In this document: positions 1-10,941 of the stretch, in pieces
Position numbering within the stretch: position 1 is the stretch's first letter
Layout: each line of letters begins with the position of its first letter
Assembly (NCBI GenBank): GCA_965208125.1
Contig: OZ242320.1
Span: 4,160,001-4,224,000 of the forward strand
Length of the DNA: 64,000 nt
Direction: 5' to 3'
Origin: Candidatus Latescibacterota bacterium
GTDB taxonomy: Bacteria > Latescibacterota > UBA2968
Program-made: the position numbers and the translations under genes
The notes under the pieces: model-generated
Databases searched by the model: none
What the model was told of the DNA's origin: nothing
The model's input: the letters and a program-made list of their open reading frames with translations, nothing else

Positions 1-141
1 CGGGGATTTGACAGCACCCTTTAGGCGTTCCTGCTGCGCCTGTCCCTGGGCGAAGAAAATGCAGGAGCAAAAGGCAGTGACCACCAGTATTGAGCGTGTC
101 ATGCGTTGTTTGGTTCGTTGTGACGGTTTCATGGCGTTCAT
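1..141 (-). CDS. Secreted protein, N-terminal part only (runs off the window)
   Basis: Manual translation from ATG at 141 gives MNAMKPSQRTKQRMTRSILVVTAFCSCIFFAQGQAQQERLKGAVKSP. It has a basic n-region, hydrophobic core and AQA-like cleavage site, is open to position 1 and is co-oriented with its neighbour. Confidence 0.6.
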   Translation of the reverse strand, partial: MNAMKPSQRTKQRMTRSILVVTAFCSCIFFAQGQAQQERLKGAVKSP

Positions 142-161
142 CGTTCCAATGGTTTGGGGGA

Positions 162-1364
162 TCAGGCTTTTGATGTTTGTTGGGCTTCACACGCTTGTTT
201 CCAGACATGGTGTCTCGCCACCATCTTCTCAACTTTTTCAGGGGCGGTGGCACACAGATCGCGTTGTTCATCTGGATCGGTGCTCAGGTCGAACAGGCCG
301 TCTGGTTTGCCGTCTGTTGCGTGGAGTTTCAGATTGCCCTCGCGGATCGCGTCCTCTGTTCTATACGTCCAGTGCAGGGGGCGGTCCAAGGGCTGCTCTT
401 TGCCTTTGAAAAGAGGCCACACGTTTTGGGCGTCAATAACGCGACCATCGGGCACAGTTGCACCGGCGAGAGCGGCGAATGTCGCGTAGAGATCGTAGTG
501 TACCCAGGGCGTGTTGATTTTTGTATTTGGAGCGATTTTTCCCGGCCAGACCGCGTTGCAGATGACCCTGAGTGAACGCTCCCATAGGGTTCGACCATAA
601 CCATTGGTTCGGCTGCCTCCCTGATCGCTCAGGAAGACGATGAGCGTGTTTTCCGCAATACCAGCATGGTGTACCGCATCCAGTACGCGTCCCACGCACA
701 GGTCCAGGTATTCGACCATATATTGGTAGTTTACCAGTGGATCATCGCTGTGATAGTATCCGGGTGGGGCCTGATAGGGACCGTGTGGGGCATAAAAGGC
801 GAGATTCATGTAGAAGGGCTCGGGTTTTTGGGATTGGCGGTTGATAAATTTGATGGCTTCATCCGTGAACAGGGTGTCGAAGTAACCCTCGTGCGCTATG
901 GGTTCCAGACCGCGAAAAAAGTGGCTCTTCATGTCGCGGTTGTAAAGGTGGGTGTAGTAGTCGGCATGGCCAGCGTTGCTGCCGTAAAATTCATGAAAGC
1001 CGTGGTGTAGCGGATTGAATTTTTCAGCATATCCCAGGTTCCATTTTCCAAACAGTCCTGTCGTGTATCCGGCATTTCGCAAAAGCCTGGCTATAGAGAC
1101 TTCCTGGAGCGAGAGTCCGGATTCCGGATTATCTGGACGTGTCTGTGAGTTGATGCCAACTCTATACGGATGTCTGCCCGTGTTCCAGGCACAACGCGCA
1201 GGTGAACACAGTGGGGTTGCGATCAGGCAGTTGTCGAATATAACACCCTTGCTTGCCATTGTGTTCAATATGGGAGTTTCGAATATCCCTTCGCCATAAT
1301 AATCGACTGCTTCGCGACCGAGGTTGTCGGCGACCATGAGGATAATATTGGGCTGGTTTTTCAT
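162..1364 (-). CDS. Arylsulfatase A-like sulfatase (Cys-type)
   Basis: PNIILMVADNLG, CSPAR (CxPxR formylglycine motif), GKWNLG, SDQG. Confidence 0.92.
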   Translation of the reverse strand: MKNQPNIILMVADNLGREAVDYYGEGIFETPILNTMASKGVIFDNCLIATPLCSPARCAWNTGRHPYRVGINSQTRPDNPESGLSLQEVSIARLLRNAGYTTGLFGKWNLGYAEKFNPLHHGFHEFYGSNAGHADYYTHLYNRDMKSHFFRGLEPIAHEGYFDTLFTDEAIKFINRQSQKPEPFYMNLAFYAPHGPYQAPPGYYHSDDPLVNYQYMVEYLDLCVGRVLDAVHHAGIAENTLIVFLSDQGGSRTNGYGRTLWERSLRVICNAVWPGKIAPNTKINTPWVHYDLYATFAALAGATVPDGRVIDAQNVWPLFKGKEQPLDRPLHWTYRTEDAIREGNLKLHATDGKPDGLFDLSTDPDEQRDLCATAPEKVEKMVARHHVWKQACEAQQTSKA

Positions 1365-1418
1365 TGAAATTTTTCTTAATAGGTTGATAAATATAAACTT
1401 GGAGTTGTAAGGACAATA

Positions 1419-2840
1419 TCAGTTTTGAGTCTCGGGATAGCTCGCATTGGCGAGTTCGCACAGTACATCGACCGCGAGGAGGACATCCTCCCTGCGACAG
1501 TCGAATTGCCCGACCTGGAAGCGAATGACGAACTGTCCTTCATGGATCGTCTGCGTCAGGTAGATTCGGCCGTCATCATTGACTGCGCGGAGCAGGCGTT
1601 CGGTGGCGTCGTTGGCGTTTTCACCGTCGGGGGCGTACTGGAACGTGAAGAGCGAAAGGTGGCAGTCCGTTGTCAGGCGAAAGCCGTCCAGCAATGCGAT
1701 CGCGGCGGCGGCTTCTTCAGCCCAGGCAATATGGTTCCGGATGCGCTGTCGGAGGTCTTTGAGGCCGTGGGCGCGGAGCAGGAACCAGAGCTTTAAGGCT
1801 CGGAATCGGCGTCCCAGTGGGATTGTCCACTCGCTGTAATTGGTGATCTCGGTTTGACCGAGGGTCTGGAGGTAATCCGGACGGATGCCGAGGGTGCGAA
1901 CCTGTGGTTCTGGATCCGCAAGAAACTGGATTGAGCAGTCGAACTGCGCACCGAGCCACTTGTGGGGGTTGAAGGCGATGCTGTCGGCTTCCTCGACACC
2001 ATCCCACAACTCCCGTAACTCAGGACAGATCATCGCGGAACCGGCCCATGCGGCGTCAATGTGGACATAGAGATCATGCTCTCGTGCCACTTCGATGGTC
2101 TGGCGCACATGGTCAGATGCGCCAATCGATGTGCCTCCAACACAGAGGACGACACCGGCCGGAAGAAAACCCGCGGCGCGATCTGCGTTGATCGCCCGGC
2201 GGAGTGCCTCCGGGTCGAGTGCCCAGGAACCATCGGTCGGGACTTTGACCAGATTCCGTTGGCCGATACCGGCGATGCGTATCGCCTTGTCAACTGACGA
2301 GTGGGTCTCTGGCGATGCGTAGATCCGGAGTTGTTTCTCTCCCGATATTCCAGAATCGATCCCGCGCCAGCCGAGTGTGCGTTCGCGCATCGTCAGTACG
2401 GCGCAGACATTTGCCGACGTTGCCGTATCCTGGATAACGCCCTGGAACCCTTCTGGTAGCCCGAGCGCCTGTCGCATCCAGTCAACCATCCGAGTCTCAA
2501 TTTCCGTAGCTGCGGGTGAAGTCTGCCAGAGCATGCACTGGGCAGCCATGACCGCCGTCAAATTTTCGGCGATCATCGAAACCGGCGCAGCGTTGGCGCT
2601 GAAGTACGCAAAAAAGCGCCGGTGTTGCCAATGCGTCATGCCGTCCGGCACAATGCGCTCGAAGTCGGCGAAGATCGTCTCCATGCCAGCCGGCTCTTCT
2701 GGTGGCGATAGAGGCAGCATCGCAGCGATCTCGCCCGGTTCGGTCTGCGCTCGTACGGGCCGCTCTTCGAGCGTGGTCAGGTATTCGGCACCCCACTGTG
2801 CAGCTCGTTCAGCCCATTGAAAGTAGTCTTCTCGTTTCAA
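1419..2840 (-). CDS. PLP-dependent aromatic-L-amino-acid decarboxylase (group II)
   Basis: THWQH..FFAYF, HIDAAWAG, NPHKW (PLP lysine), LGRRFRALKLWF; TTG start. Confidence 0.9.
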   Translation of the reverse strand: MKREDYFQWAERAAQWGAEYLTTLEERPVRAQTEPGEIAAMLPLSPPEEPAGMETIFADFERIVPDGMTHWQHRRFFAYFSANAAPVSMIAENLTAVMAAQCMLWQTSPAATEIETRMVDWMRQALGLPEGFQGVIQDTATSANVCAVLTMRERTLGWRGIDSGISGEKQLRIYASPETHSSVDKAIRIAGIGQRNLVKVPTDGSWALDPEALRRAINADRAAGFLPAGVVLCVGGTSIGASDHVRQTIEVAREHDLYVHIDAAWAGSAMICPELRELWDGVEEADSIAFNPHKWLGAQFDCSIQFLADPEPQVRTLGIRPDYLQTLGQTEITNYSEWTIPLGRRFRALKLWFLLRAHGLKDLRQRIRNHIAWAEEAAAAIALLDGFRLTTDCHLSLFTFQYAPDGENANDATERLLRAVNDDGRIYLTQTIHEGQFVIRFQVGQFDCRREDVLLAVDVLCELANASYPETQN

Positions 2841-2874
2841 TGCATTGCGTCCAGGTTTTTAGAAATCCAGTTCT

Positions 2875-3852
2875 TCAAAGGTAATCGCTGACGTCCATTT
2901 CCGGATACGCGTTTTTTATCAGCTCAACGGAGGTGGGCGTGTACATTGCGTCACCGGGTTTCGGCCAGCCGAAGAGACTTCGAACCCTCGATGTCGTTTT
3001 TCCCAAAAAGGGTTTCAAGCGCCGAATCACTTCAGCTTCCCTTTTTCCGGTTGATGTCCAGGGCATGGTGTCTCTGCGTCCTATTGAAAAGAAGATGACG
3101 GCACGTTGCCTGTCCTTGTCTGCAAAAGGTTGTGCTGCGTGTGGCGTGTGTCCACTGTAGAAGAGTACGCTGCCAGCTTTCCCTGTGATTGAGACGGGTT
3201 CTTGCGCGTGAAGAATTTTGCGGATATCGGCAAAGCGGTAAGAGTGGGGTACCTTGCGGATGTCGCCAAAGCCCAGGCCGTCGTCTTCAATCACGCGCAA
3301 GATATCGCCCATTTTGTCGTGTACTCCTGGGACCAACCGAACAGGCGCGCAATCTGCATCGATGTCGTCCAGAAAGACCCAGGCCTGAATATGGCCATAC
3401 CGCTGCCAATCCGGGTGAGGGGGTATAAAGGGTTTGGCCCAATCCAGGTGAAATTCGATTTCCGGCTTCGTTGGGGCTTTTCTATCTATTCTGCCGTTTC
3501 GGATATAGACGTAACCATGGTGGTAGTGTATATCAGGCGTATCCAGAAGCTGTTCCAGAGCATCCAGGAAAGGATCGTGTTCCAGAACCTGGTCAATGAC
3601 CTCTACCCCTGTTGGAATGTCACAGAACTCCGATCTGGGGCCGGCCATACCGAGACCTGCTCCAGGCAGTCTCAGATCATTCTCAAGGTCGGGATTGGCC
3701 TTTATTTCTGCAATGAACTCGGAAAAAGATTTTCCATAAGCGTTTTGTTCCGTGGCCTCAAGTACCGCTGACAATTGGCTGGTTGAGAATAGATCCGGGA
3801 CTAAGAGATAGCCCTCTTGTTGATAAGACTCACACTGTTGTGGTGTCAACAT
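2875..3852 (-). CDS. PhyH-family Fe(II)/2OG dioxygenase
   Basis: MLTPQQ..YQQEGYL start, HLD and distal H (TPHAA), RLVPGVH. Confidence 0.85.
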   Translation of the reverse strand: MLTPQQCESYQQEGYLLVPDLFSTSQLSAVLEATEQNAYGKSFSEFIAEIKANPDLENDLRLPGAGLGMAGPRSEFCDIPTGVEVIDQVLEHDPFLDALEQLLDTPDIHYHHGYVYIRNGRIDRKAPTKPEIEFHLDWAKPFIPPHPDWQRYGHIQAWVFLDDIDADCAPVRLVPGVHDKMGDILRVIEDDGLGFGDIRKVPHSYRFADIRKILHAQEPVSITGKAGSVLFYSGHTPHAAQPFADKDRQRAVIFFSIGRRDTMPWTSTGKREAEVIRRLKPFLGKTTSRVRSLFGWPKPGDAMYTPTSVELIKNAYPEMDVSDYL

Positions 3853-3876
3853 TTTCGATTTCCTTTCATAAATCGT

Positions 3877-5484
3877 CTAAATTTCATCGTCATCCAGAGC
3901 GCGCTGTCCTTCAAACGGTCCCCAGTGAATACGCGCTCTGGTTTTTCTATCGCTCTTGTAAATCTCTGGGTCATAATCCGGGTTTGCCTTCGGGAATCGC
4001 GCCTTGACCAGTTCGAGATAGCGCATCATCTCGTCGTAGAGTTTCTGGTGTGTTTCCGGATTTTGCTTTGCAATATTGGTGACCTCGCCAATGTCGCCAG
4101 ATAGGTCGAACAACATTGGAATATCTGGTCGTTCGTAAAAATGGATCACTTTGGACGAACCAGAAATAATGACCGAATGTGGCATAGAATTCCGATAATG
4201 AGGATAATGAAAATAGAGATAGCGATTTAGAAAGGCCTCGTCCGGTTCTTTTCCCGCCATGTAATCGGCGAGGCTGACACCGTCGATGTTCTGCAATTTT
4301 TCCGAGTCGCCCCCAGCCCAATCAACGAAGGTGGGTAAGAAATCATAGTTGATCACATTGCCGGTAAAAACTGAGCCGGATTTGACTCCTGGGCCCTTGA
4401 CAATCATAGGTACCCGGATGCCTCCATCCCACAACCACCACTTTGTTGCGTGTAACGGTTGCTTGTAGTCGGGTATGATTTCGACTTCTTCGTGTCGGTA
4501 GCCGTTGTCACCCACTACGATGACATAGGTGTTATCCTCGATTCCCAGTTCCCTGAGCTTGTCGAGCACCGCGCCGATCCGACCATCCAGGTCCTCACCC
4601 ATCCCCAACCAGATTGCGGGATCATCTCCCCGGTTGACTGTTTCGGGATGTTTATTGTTTTTCTTATACCACTCCTGCACCAGTGGGTGATTCACATACT
4701 TTTCACGCGTTTTATCCAGGCATTCATAACCCGCATGCATGGCATAATGAGATATCTGGAGATAAAAGGGATTGTTTTTTTCTACCTGTTCTTCCATAAA
4801 GCCAATTGCCTTTTCAGTAATGCTGAACATCAATTTGGGATCGACCATATCTTTTGGCAGGCGCCTGGGCGTCCGCTCGCCCCTCTCCAGGCCGTATTTC
4901 AGCGTATTGCCGGGATTATTATCGGTAGCACCATCGTGTAATACGTAGCCCGCCTTTGCAGGATCGCCTCTCATGTGCCATTTGCCAATGTGGGCGCTGA
5001 CATAACCCAGAGGTTTGAGAGCTTTGGGAATGGTGACAGCGTCTTCGTCGAGTTCTCGGTCGGACACGTTCGGAACCAGCGGGAAATGCCGATATTCCCT
5101 TTTCGTGTCGTAGTAGGGCTCTCTTGCCCCCAGATATACCGTGAAACCACTGTGTGGAGCAGACTGCCCTGTCTGTACGCACACACGAGCAGGTGCACAT
5201 TGGGGCGCTCCATAGGCATTGCGAAACTTCATGCCCTCATTTGCCAGCTTTTGGATGTTCGGCATTTGCAAGACCGGCATCAGGGAGTTCTCCATGGTGT
5301 CATCCATGGCAACCGGTGATCCGTTCCAGGCCCAGTCATCGATGTAAAACATGACAATGTTGGGCCTGGATTGCGCCTGAGATCCCGATTGCGTGTTGGA
5401 TTTGGCCTGTGCGGCCTGACTGCGAACGGCGAAGGTCCCAATCACAATCGCAATCCATAGGATGAGTTTTATAAAAAGGATCAT
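3877..5484 (-). CDS. Secreted sulfatase (Cys-type)
   Basis: Start moved to ATG 5484, which follows AGGAGG. Signal peptide, [24 protein letters not shown]. Confidence 0.9.
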   Translation of the reverse strand: MILFIKLILWIAIVIGTFAVRSQAAQAKSNTQSGSQAQSRPNIVMFYIDDWAWNGSPVAMDDTMENSLMPVLQMPNIQKLANEGMKFRNAYGAPQCAPARVCVQTGQSAPHSGFTVYLGAREPYYDTKREYRHFPLVPNVSDRELDEDAVTIPKALKPLGYVSAHIGKWHMRGDPAKAGYVLHDGATDNNPGNTLKYGLERGERTPRRLPKDMVDPKLMFSITEKAIGFMEEQVEKNNPFYLQISHYAMHAGYECLDKTREKYVNHPLVQEWYKKNNKHPETVNRGDDPAIWLGMGEDLDGRIGAVLDKLRELGIEDNTYVIVVGDNGYRHEEVEIIPDYKQPLHATKWWLWDGGIRVPMIVKGPGVKSGSVFTGNVINYDFLPTFVDWAGGDSEKLQNIDGVSLADYMAGKEPDEAFLNRYLYFHYPHYRNSMPHSVIISGSSKVIHFYERPDIPMLFDLSGDIGEVTNIAKQNPETHQKLYDEMMRYLELVKARFPKANPDYDPEIYKSDRKTRARIHWGPFEGQRALDDDEI

Positions 5485-5504
5485 ATATTCCTCCTGTTGG
5501 ACAT
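5481..5504 (-). other. Bridging mini-ORF MSNRRNI*
   Basis: Its ATG overlaps the upstream stop (TGATG) and follows GGAGG. Its stop overlaps the downstream start (ATGA). Confidence 0.5.
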
Positions 5505-8317
5505 CAGTTGTTGCTCCTCCAAACAATTTTTCTTTTTTTTCCTTCGACCTCGCGAAACACGGCCAGTCTTCTGGATACAGTGATTCCGAGTTTATAAGTG
5601 CCCAGATCAGACACCTTTTTGGATTCCCAAAGTACCACTTCCGGATGGTCGGGCGTACCGCGATAGGTCACCAATTGCCCCTTTTCGAAAGCAGCATAAT
5701 GGAAGCCGCCGTCAGGGTCCTTTGATCGAGATCGCCAAATCGCGTCACCACTCCTGCCTGGAGCACCTCGACGAAGTACCAGCTTTCCATTATCATGCAT
5801 CTTCAAATAGCATTCCAGGCGGGGGAATACGCGGACATCTCCGATCATAAACCGCTCACCTTCGTTCAGTATTACTTGATGAATCTCATCCCGCCAGTCT
5901 GCCGCGCTGTTTTCCGAGACGTCGCCCACGGCAATCTGAATTTCACGCTGACTGGATATACCGGTTTTGTCCTCTGCCACAGCCTCCAAATGATATATCC
6001 CGGGCTTCAGTGCTTTCAGGAGTTCATCGCTCGAACTGCTCCAAATCTGCGGTTTGGTTGCAGTGAGAAGCAGGCCGTTGAGATAAAGCTTCACCTCCCG
6101 AATGCCATCTCCATCGGTCGCATCTACTTCCACCCGGAGTTCAGTTTCTGCCGGAAAACGCGCGCCGTCCTTCAGGTTTGTAAAACGCACTTCCGGGAAG
6201 TCTCCTTCCCGCTGTACGGTGATGACCTCTTTTTCCACTTCCGCCAGAGTGCGGTTCCAGTCCATAAAGTGGGTCCGGGCCATCAATTGCGTTTTGTATT
6301 GGGGCGTGAGAATCGAGGCATAGGTCTTCCATTCCTCTACTGCATCTTCTAAATGGGCCACGGCTTCATCATTAAACTGTTTCCGCTGGCGATCTTCGCG
6401 AAATATCGCCAGTTTGGCTGCACCGCGCATTTTGTCGGCATAATAACGGCCGAGATAGGCCATGCTTTCAATATCGTTCAGCGTTTCCCGCAATTCCACG
6501 TTATCGCCTATCTGTGCCCACAACGCCGGGAGTGCTTTTAGTGCAGTAATTGCATATTCGTCCAGGTTATCCGCCACCTGCAACGGCGTGATACCCTTCA
6601 GGTTTTTGCCCGCAAGAAAAGCCTTTGCCCACTCTGTTACGGAGTGAATGCCCGATCCACGCATTGGGTCCCGATCAAAATAGTAGTCATCCACAGTCAG
6701 AAAACCCTGGCGCTGCATACACCCTTCCGGCGCGAAGTTTCCATCGGTGCCAGACCAGACGGATCTGTTAAGCTGGGGGATAATCTCGGAAGTTGACTCC
6801 CAGGCATCGTAAAGCAGCCTGGCATCTACACCGGGAAAACGATGCTTCAGGACAGCTTCCCAATAGTCCCGATCGAGTGACGAATTATAAGATAGCTGCC
6901 CCCACAGCCGGAAACGATACCAGTGCTTATCAATCTCCAACCGCCCGGACATTTCTGGATTCCTGGCGATAAACTCGCGGCCCCAGACATAGCCGTCCGA
7001 GCCTGTGTAAAAGCCGGGCGAATGGTCGTGTGGCATCTCTTTAATAAACTCGCGCACAAAATCTGGGCTGCCCCAACGGTGCAGGAAGATATCGTCATTG
7101 CGCAAGTTGAGCCAGACTTTGAAATTATCCAGCCAGCCATCATTTACGATGCGCCTTTCCCATTCCTGCGGCCTTCTCATCGAATAGATATGCGCGACCG
7201 CATACTTCACACTGGTTTCCAGGGTGCCACCCGTATAATTTTTAAAGGCATCTGTAACGTAGTAATGGTCTGTTACGTGTCTGCGAAAAATAAAGCGAAT
7301 TTTGCGATCGGGTTGCTGCTCTAATACGTCCATAACACCTCGGCCGTAGGTGTCGAATATAAAGTTTTCGATCGCATGCATGCCTTTAATTACATTGTCC
7401 GCGTTTTCGCCAGCCGTGACGCCAATCCCCGCTATCTGCGGGTAGGTCAGCAATGCCTGGCGCACACTCTTTCGCATATAATCGACAGTGACGGGGTTGG
7501 TCTGATCCTGCGTTATGCCGTGTTTTCCAGTCGCGCCAAAAGTGAAGACGTTCCAGTGAAAAAGATAAATTTCAATCCCGCGATCCTCCGCGTATTGGAA
7601 CACCCGCTGCCAATGCGCAATTTTTTCTTCGATAGAGATCTTTTTTACCAGCTTCAGGGTGCCCGGTTTGTCAAAATCCACATCCTGCCACTTGTTTTTA
7701 GTCTGCGGATAAATATCGACGCCGATGCGATAGACATCATCCAGCGCGACTTCGGGGTATTCCTCTATCTTGATAATGGAAGGATATGGATGGGTCGTCC
7801 ACAGGCTCAGCACGTTGTAGCGATAGCGCGCGAGGTCATCGAGATAGGCTTGCCAGAATTCAAAGTCCCAGACCGTTTCAATATTGTTCTGTGCCGAATC
7901 GCCCGTGTCGTCGTAGGATGGGGTGCGCGCATCCAATGGGATATTAAATTTGATCCCGCGCTTTTTCACAAAGGGGGCGCGTTTCTGATCCTCAATCGGA
8001 AGGCCGAGGCGCAAAAGGTCGGCTACTTCGAGACCGCCATACATCGCCCCGGTTGCATCCGTACCGATAATCTCTATCCCGGTCGGTTCAACAGACCGAA
8101 TTTGAAATGTTTCGGGTGATGTCTCATCCGGCTTAATGGTTAACGAAACATGCAGATTTTCCCGCTCCGTCTCTTTTAATGCACCTTCCAGTTCCTGCGC
8201 CGCGAATACCAACTGCGGAATCTTTGCATCGTATTCGACCACAGCCGCGAGGCGACCCGGTATGAGAATGATCAAGACGAATATCAAATAGAGGAATGAA
8301 CACGGTCTCTTTTTCAT
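5504..8317 (-). CDS. Secreted multidomain glycoside-hydrolase-like protein (GH67/115/20-like N-terminus, Ig-like domain, bulb-type-lectin-like C-terminus)
   Basis: Signal peptide; [14 protein letters not shown]; [19 protein letters not shown]; Ig-like [23 protein letters not shown]; lectin-like [15 protein letters not shown] and GQLVTY..LWES. Confidence 0.65.
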   Translation of the reverse strand: MKKRPCSFLYLIFVLIILIPGRLAAVVEYDAKIPQLVFAAQELEGALKETERENLHVSLTIKPDETSPETFQIRSVEPTGIEIIGTDATGAMYGGLEVADLLRLGLPIEDQKRAPFVKKRGIKFNIPLDARTPSYDDTGDSAQNNIETVWDFEFWQAYLDDLARYRYNVLSLWTTHPYPSIIKIEEYPEVALDDVYRIGVDIYPQTKNKWQDVDFDKPGTLKLVKKISIEEKIAHWQRVFQYAEDRGIEIYLFHWNVFTFGATGKHGITQDQTNPVTVDYMRKSVRQALLTYPQIAGIGVTAGENADNVIKGMHAIENFIFDTYGRGVMDVLEQQPDRKIRFIFRRHVTDHYYVTDAFKNYTGGTLETSVKYAVAHIYSMRRPQEWERRIVNDGWLDNFKVWLNLRNDDIFLHRWGSPDFVREFIKEMPHDHSPGFYTGSDGYVWGREFIARNPEMSGRLEIDKHWYRFRLWGQLSYNSSLDRDYWEAVLKHRFPGVDARLLYDAWESTSEIIPQLNRSVWSGTDGNFAPEGCMQRQGFLTVDDYYFDRDPMRGSGIHSVTEWAKAFLAGKNLKGITPLQVADNLDEYAITALKALPALWAQIGDNVELRETLNDIESMAYLGRYYADKMRGAAKLAIFREDRQRKQFNDEAVAHLEDAVEEWKTYASILTPQYKTQLMARTHFMDWNRTLAEVEKEVITVQREGDFPEVRFTNLKDGARFPAETELRVEVDATDGDGIREVKLYLNGLLLTATKPQIWSSSSDELLKALKPGIYHLEAVAEDKTGISSQREIQIAVGDVSENSAADWRDEIHQVILNEGERFMIGDVRVFPRLECYLKMHDNGKLVLRRGAPGRSGDAIWRSRSKDPDGGFHYAAFEKGQLVTYRGTPDHPEVVLWESKKVSDLGTYKLGITVSRRLAVFREVEGKKRKIVWRSNN

Positions 8318-8349
8318 TATTTTAATCCTCTAATCCTCGAAATAGACAT
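8317..8349 (-). other. Bridging mini-ORF MSISRIRGLK*
   Basis: TGATG overlap with the DegT stop and TAATG overlap with the next start; spans the intergenic gap exactly. Confidence 0.5.
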
Positions 8350-9623
8350 CAACTCGTCTTCAATTCATCAATATTATCCCGCAATTTTTGGAACGCTTCG
8401 AGAATGAGGTCCATGTTTTCGCGCGGTCCGAGAAGAATGCGGTGCGTGAGATCAAGGGCTTCGGTTTCGTGAATGCGCTCGGCTTCGGGACAATAGACTT
8501 TGGTGTAGTCGATGGGATCCGCCTGGTACAACGGGCAGCGGATTGGACAGCCTGTTTCTCCCCATTTGCCACTGGCAAACATGCTAAATTGATAGAGGGG
8601 CTTTGTCGGGCCAATGCCACAGGGCACGCCTTCGGCCTGGAGCGCTTTGCGGAATCGTTCGCGGTGGATGCCTTCAAATTCTTCGGAGATAAATTTGAAG
8701 TGCCAGCGATAGGGGTTCCAGCGGGTGACGCGCTCGTCAATGTCGAGGCCAGTGAGTCCGGGAATAGATTCCATTCCTTTGTGGAGGTACTTGAGATTTT
8801 CCCACCGAATTTCTGCCTGTTCTTCGAGGCGGGTGAGTGCGATCAGGCCGATGGCCGCTTCAAATTCGCCCAGTCTTAAGGTTGTGGCAGGCCAGGTGAA
8901 GTTCATACTTTCTTCGCCTCTGTCTCGGCCTGCATGATGATACCGAAAGGCTTTTTCGTACAGGCTTTCGTCTTTGGTCATCACCACGCCGCCTTCGCCT
9001 ATGGCGAGTACTTTGCCGGGCATGCAGGAGAATCCAGCAATGTCGGCTTGAGATCCCACGCCTTTGCCTCTCCATTGCCCGCCGTGCGCATGAGAACAGT
9101 CACTGACCAGGCCGATGTTGTGTTTGCGGCAGATGTCACCTAAAGCATCTGTATCGCAGGGCATGCCGCCCATATCTACGGCAACCACTGCCCGTGTGCG
9201 CGGCGTGATGAGGGCTTCTACGCTTTTGGGATCAATGGTGTAGTTACGCGGGTCGATGTCGGCAAAGATGGGGATGCCATTGCAAATCATGATGCAGGAA
9301 GCAGATGCGATATAAGTTGATGCAGGGACAATGACTTCACAGCCAGCTTCGACGCCGAGGGCGCGCAAGCAGGTTTCGAGTGCTGTGGTGCCTGTGGAGA
9401 CAGCAAGGGCGTATTTGCTGTCGTGAAATTCTGCAAAGGCCCGTTCAAATGCGTAGAGTTTGCTGTCGCCATGGTTGTAATAGTCAAAGCCACTGCGCCC
9501 CCATTTGTGACTGCGAAGGACGCCGACAACGGCTTTTTCTTCGCGTTCATCGTGAACCGGCCAGGGTTGGCGCAGGTCTCTATTAACCGTTTTTGAACCA
9601 CCGTTGATTGCGAGTTCAGGCAT
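8349..9623 (-). CDS. DegT/DnrJ/EryC1/StrS PLP aminotransferase
   Basis: Start moved to MPELAINGG at 9623. STGTTAL, DCSHAHG, FSCMPGKVLAIGEGG. Confidence 0.9.
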   Translation of the reverse strand: MPELAINGGSKTVNRDLRQPWPVHDEREEKAVVGVLRSHKWGRSGFDYYNHGDSKLYAFERAFAEFHDSKYALAVSTGTTALETCLRALGVEAGCEVIVPASTYIASASCIMICNGIPIFADIDPRNYTIDPKSVEALITPRTRAVVAVDMGGMPCDTDALGDICRKHNIGLVSDCSHAHGGQWRGKGVGSQADIAGFSCMPGKVLAIGEGGVVMTKDESLYEKAFRYHHAGRDRGEESMNFTWPATTLRLGEFEAAIGLIALTRLEEQAEIRWENLKYLHKGMESIPGLTGLDIDERVTRWNPYRWHFKFISEEFEGIHRERFRKALQAEGVPCGIGPTKPLYQFSMFASGKWGETGCPIRCPLYQADPIDYTKVYCPEAERIHETEALDLTHRILLGPRENMDLILEAFQKLRDNIDELKTS

Positions 9624-10860
9624 TGGAGCGTTCCTTGTGGGATGAATTATCGTGCAGTTTTGTGAGTAAGGTTTGCGTTTCGTCAATCCAGCGTTCACCT
9701 GTGCCGGGAACAACGCAAGCGCGGTTGTATTCGAGTGGGTCATCTGGGTAGGGGGTAACGCCGTAGCCACCGAAATTATACGCGCGGCGATTTGGCACAT
9801 AGCCACATGACCCCTGGGAATAGCCCATGACAATCGTGCGCGCAAAGGGGGATGACGATTGGGTGGATAGAGATAGCTCGATGAAGGGTTCACCCTGCCA
9901 GAAGACGAGTGCCAGGTCGTCGCTTATGCGGATGGCGGGGATTTCGACTCGGATGGTTTTTTCGTTTGTGTATCGGTTGGGAAGTGTGTCTTGCCAGCGC
10001 TCTACTTTAAGTGAAAGATTTTTTTCTGGCGTTGCTTGTGTCCAGGCAACGATGGCTTCTCTGGCGAGTGCTTTGCCCATTTCTTCGACCGTATCATAAT
10101 TGTCTCTGGGTTCCTGAATCGGAAGTATGTTGCCACATGCCCCTTGTAGAAATATTGAGAAGGGTACAGATGTGCCTGCTTCAAAGTGGTGACAGGTTTC
10201 GCCGGGATATTCGGCGGTGAAGAGACGATTGGCGGTCATCATGATGACGGGATGAGCGGCAAAGTGGATTGCGGTCGCGATGGGTTGGCCTTGGGGTGTG
10301 TCGAATCGCAGGACAGTGACTGCGGGGTCAACAGGGCCGTTGGGCAGTTTTTGGGGATTGAGGTTAAACGATTTAAAGCTTCCGTCGGGCAATATCTGGC
10401 GTCTGTTATAGGCGAGGTCGGTGTTGACAGCGCCCGTTGAGAGTGTGGTGGGTTTGAGATTGGTTAGAGATTCGACAGCAGCCTCGACAACCTGCTTTCT
10501 TATGTGAACAATCGCATCATCTTCGGGGCTTCCGCCAAAGTAATAGATGCATTCTGGACCACTGTGATTGTGGGTGCTACACAGGATCAGGTTTTCGGGC
10601 GGAAGATCGGATTGTGCGGCAAAAGCATCGCGCATGGCATCGACGTCGATCCACTGAAAGCTCAGGAGATCTGCCGAGCAAATGACGATAGTAGTCGTAT
10701 CGTCAGATAGTGCCAGTGCTTTGACGTATAATGGGTCATGGATGCCTTCTGCAATGCGAGGTTGCATGGGCGAGCGGTTTACAGGGAAAGCACCCATGGC
10801 TGATCCCGTAGATGGTGTGATGTCTCGTTGTGCTGTACCAATTTTTATTATATCTGCCAA
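9616..10860 (-). CDS. Neutral/alkaline ceramidase-family amidohydrolase
   Basis: DITP, HDPLYVKAL, STHNHSGP, FAAHP, LQGACGN, GEPF, GYVP. Confidence 0.8.
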   Translation of the reverse strand: MADIIKIGTAQRDITPSTGSAMGAFPVNRSPMQPRIAEGIHDPLYVKALALSDDTTTIVICSADLLSFQWIDVDAMRDAFAAQSDLPPENLILCSTHNHSGPECIYYFGGSPEDDAIVHIRKQVVEAAVESLTNLKPTTLSTGAVNTDLAYNRRQILPDGSFKSFNLNPQKLPNGPVDPAVTVLRFDTPQGQPIATAIHFAAHPVIMMTANRLFTAEYPGETCHHFEAGTSVPFSIFLQGACGNILPIQEPRDNYDTVEEMGKALAREAIVAWTQATPEKNLSLKVERWQDTLPNRYTNEKTIRVEIPAIRISDDLALVFWQGEPFIELSLSTQSSSPFARTIVMGYSQGSCGYVPNRRAYNFGGYGVTPYPDDPLEYNRACVVPGTGERWIDETQTLLTKLHDNSSHKERSNA

Positions 10861-10941
10861 GGCTCAGATGTCCTGTTTTGAATGTTCAGGAAACCCACAC
10901 TGTTTTGTATTCGAACCATCTTCCTTCTGTTGAAACGCTAC

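Noticed and set aside
9624-9893. Extended N-terminus of the DegT ORF
   Set aside because: It overlaps the ceramidase-like gene. The family-typical start MPELAINGG is at 9623.
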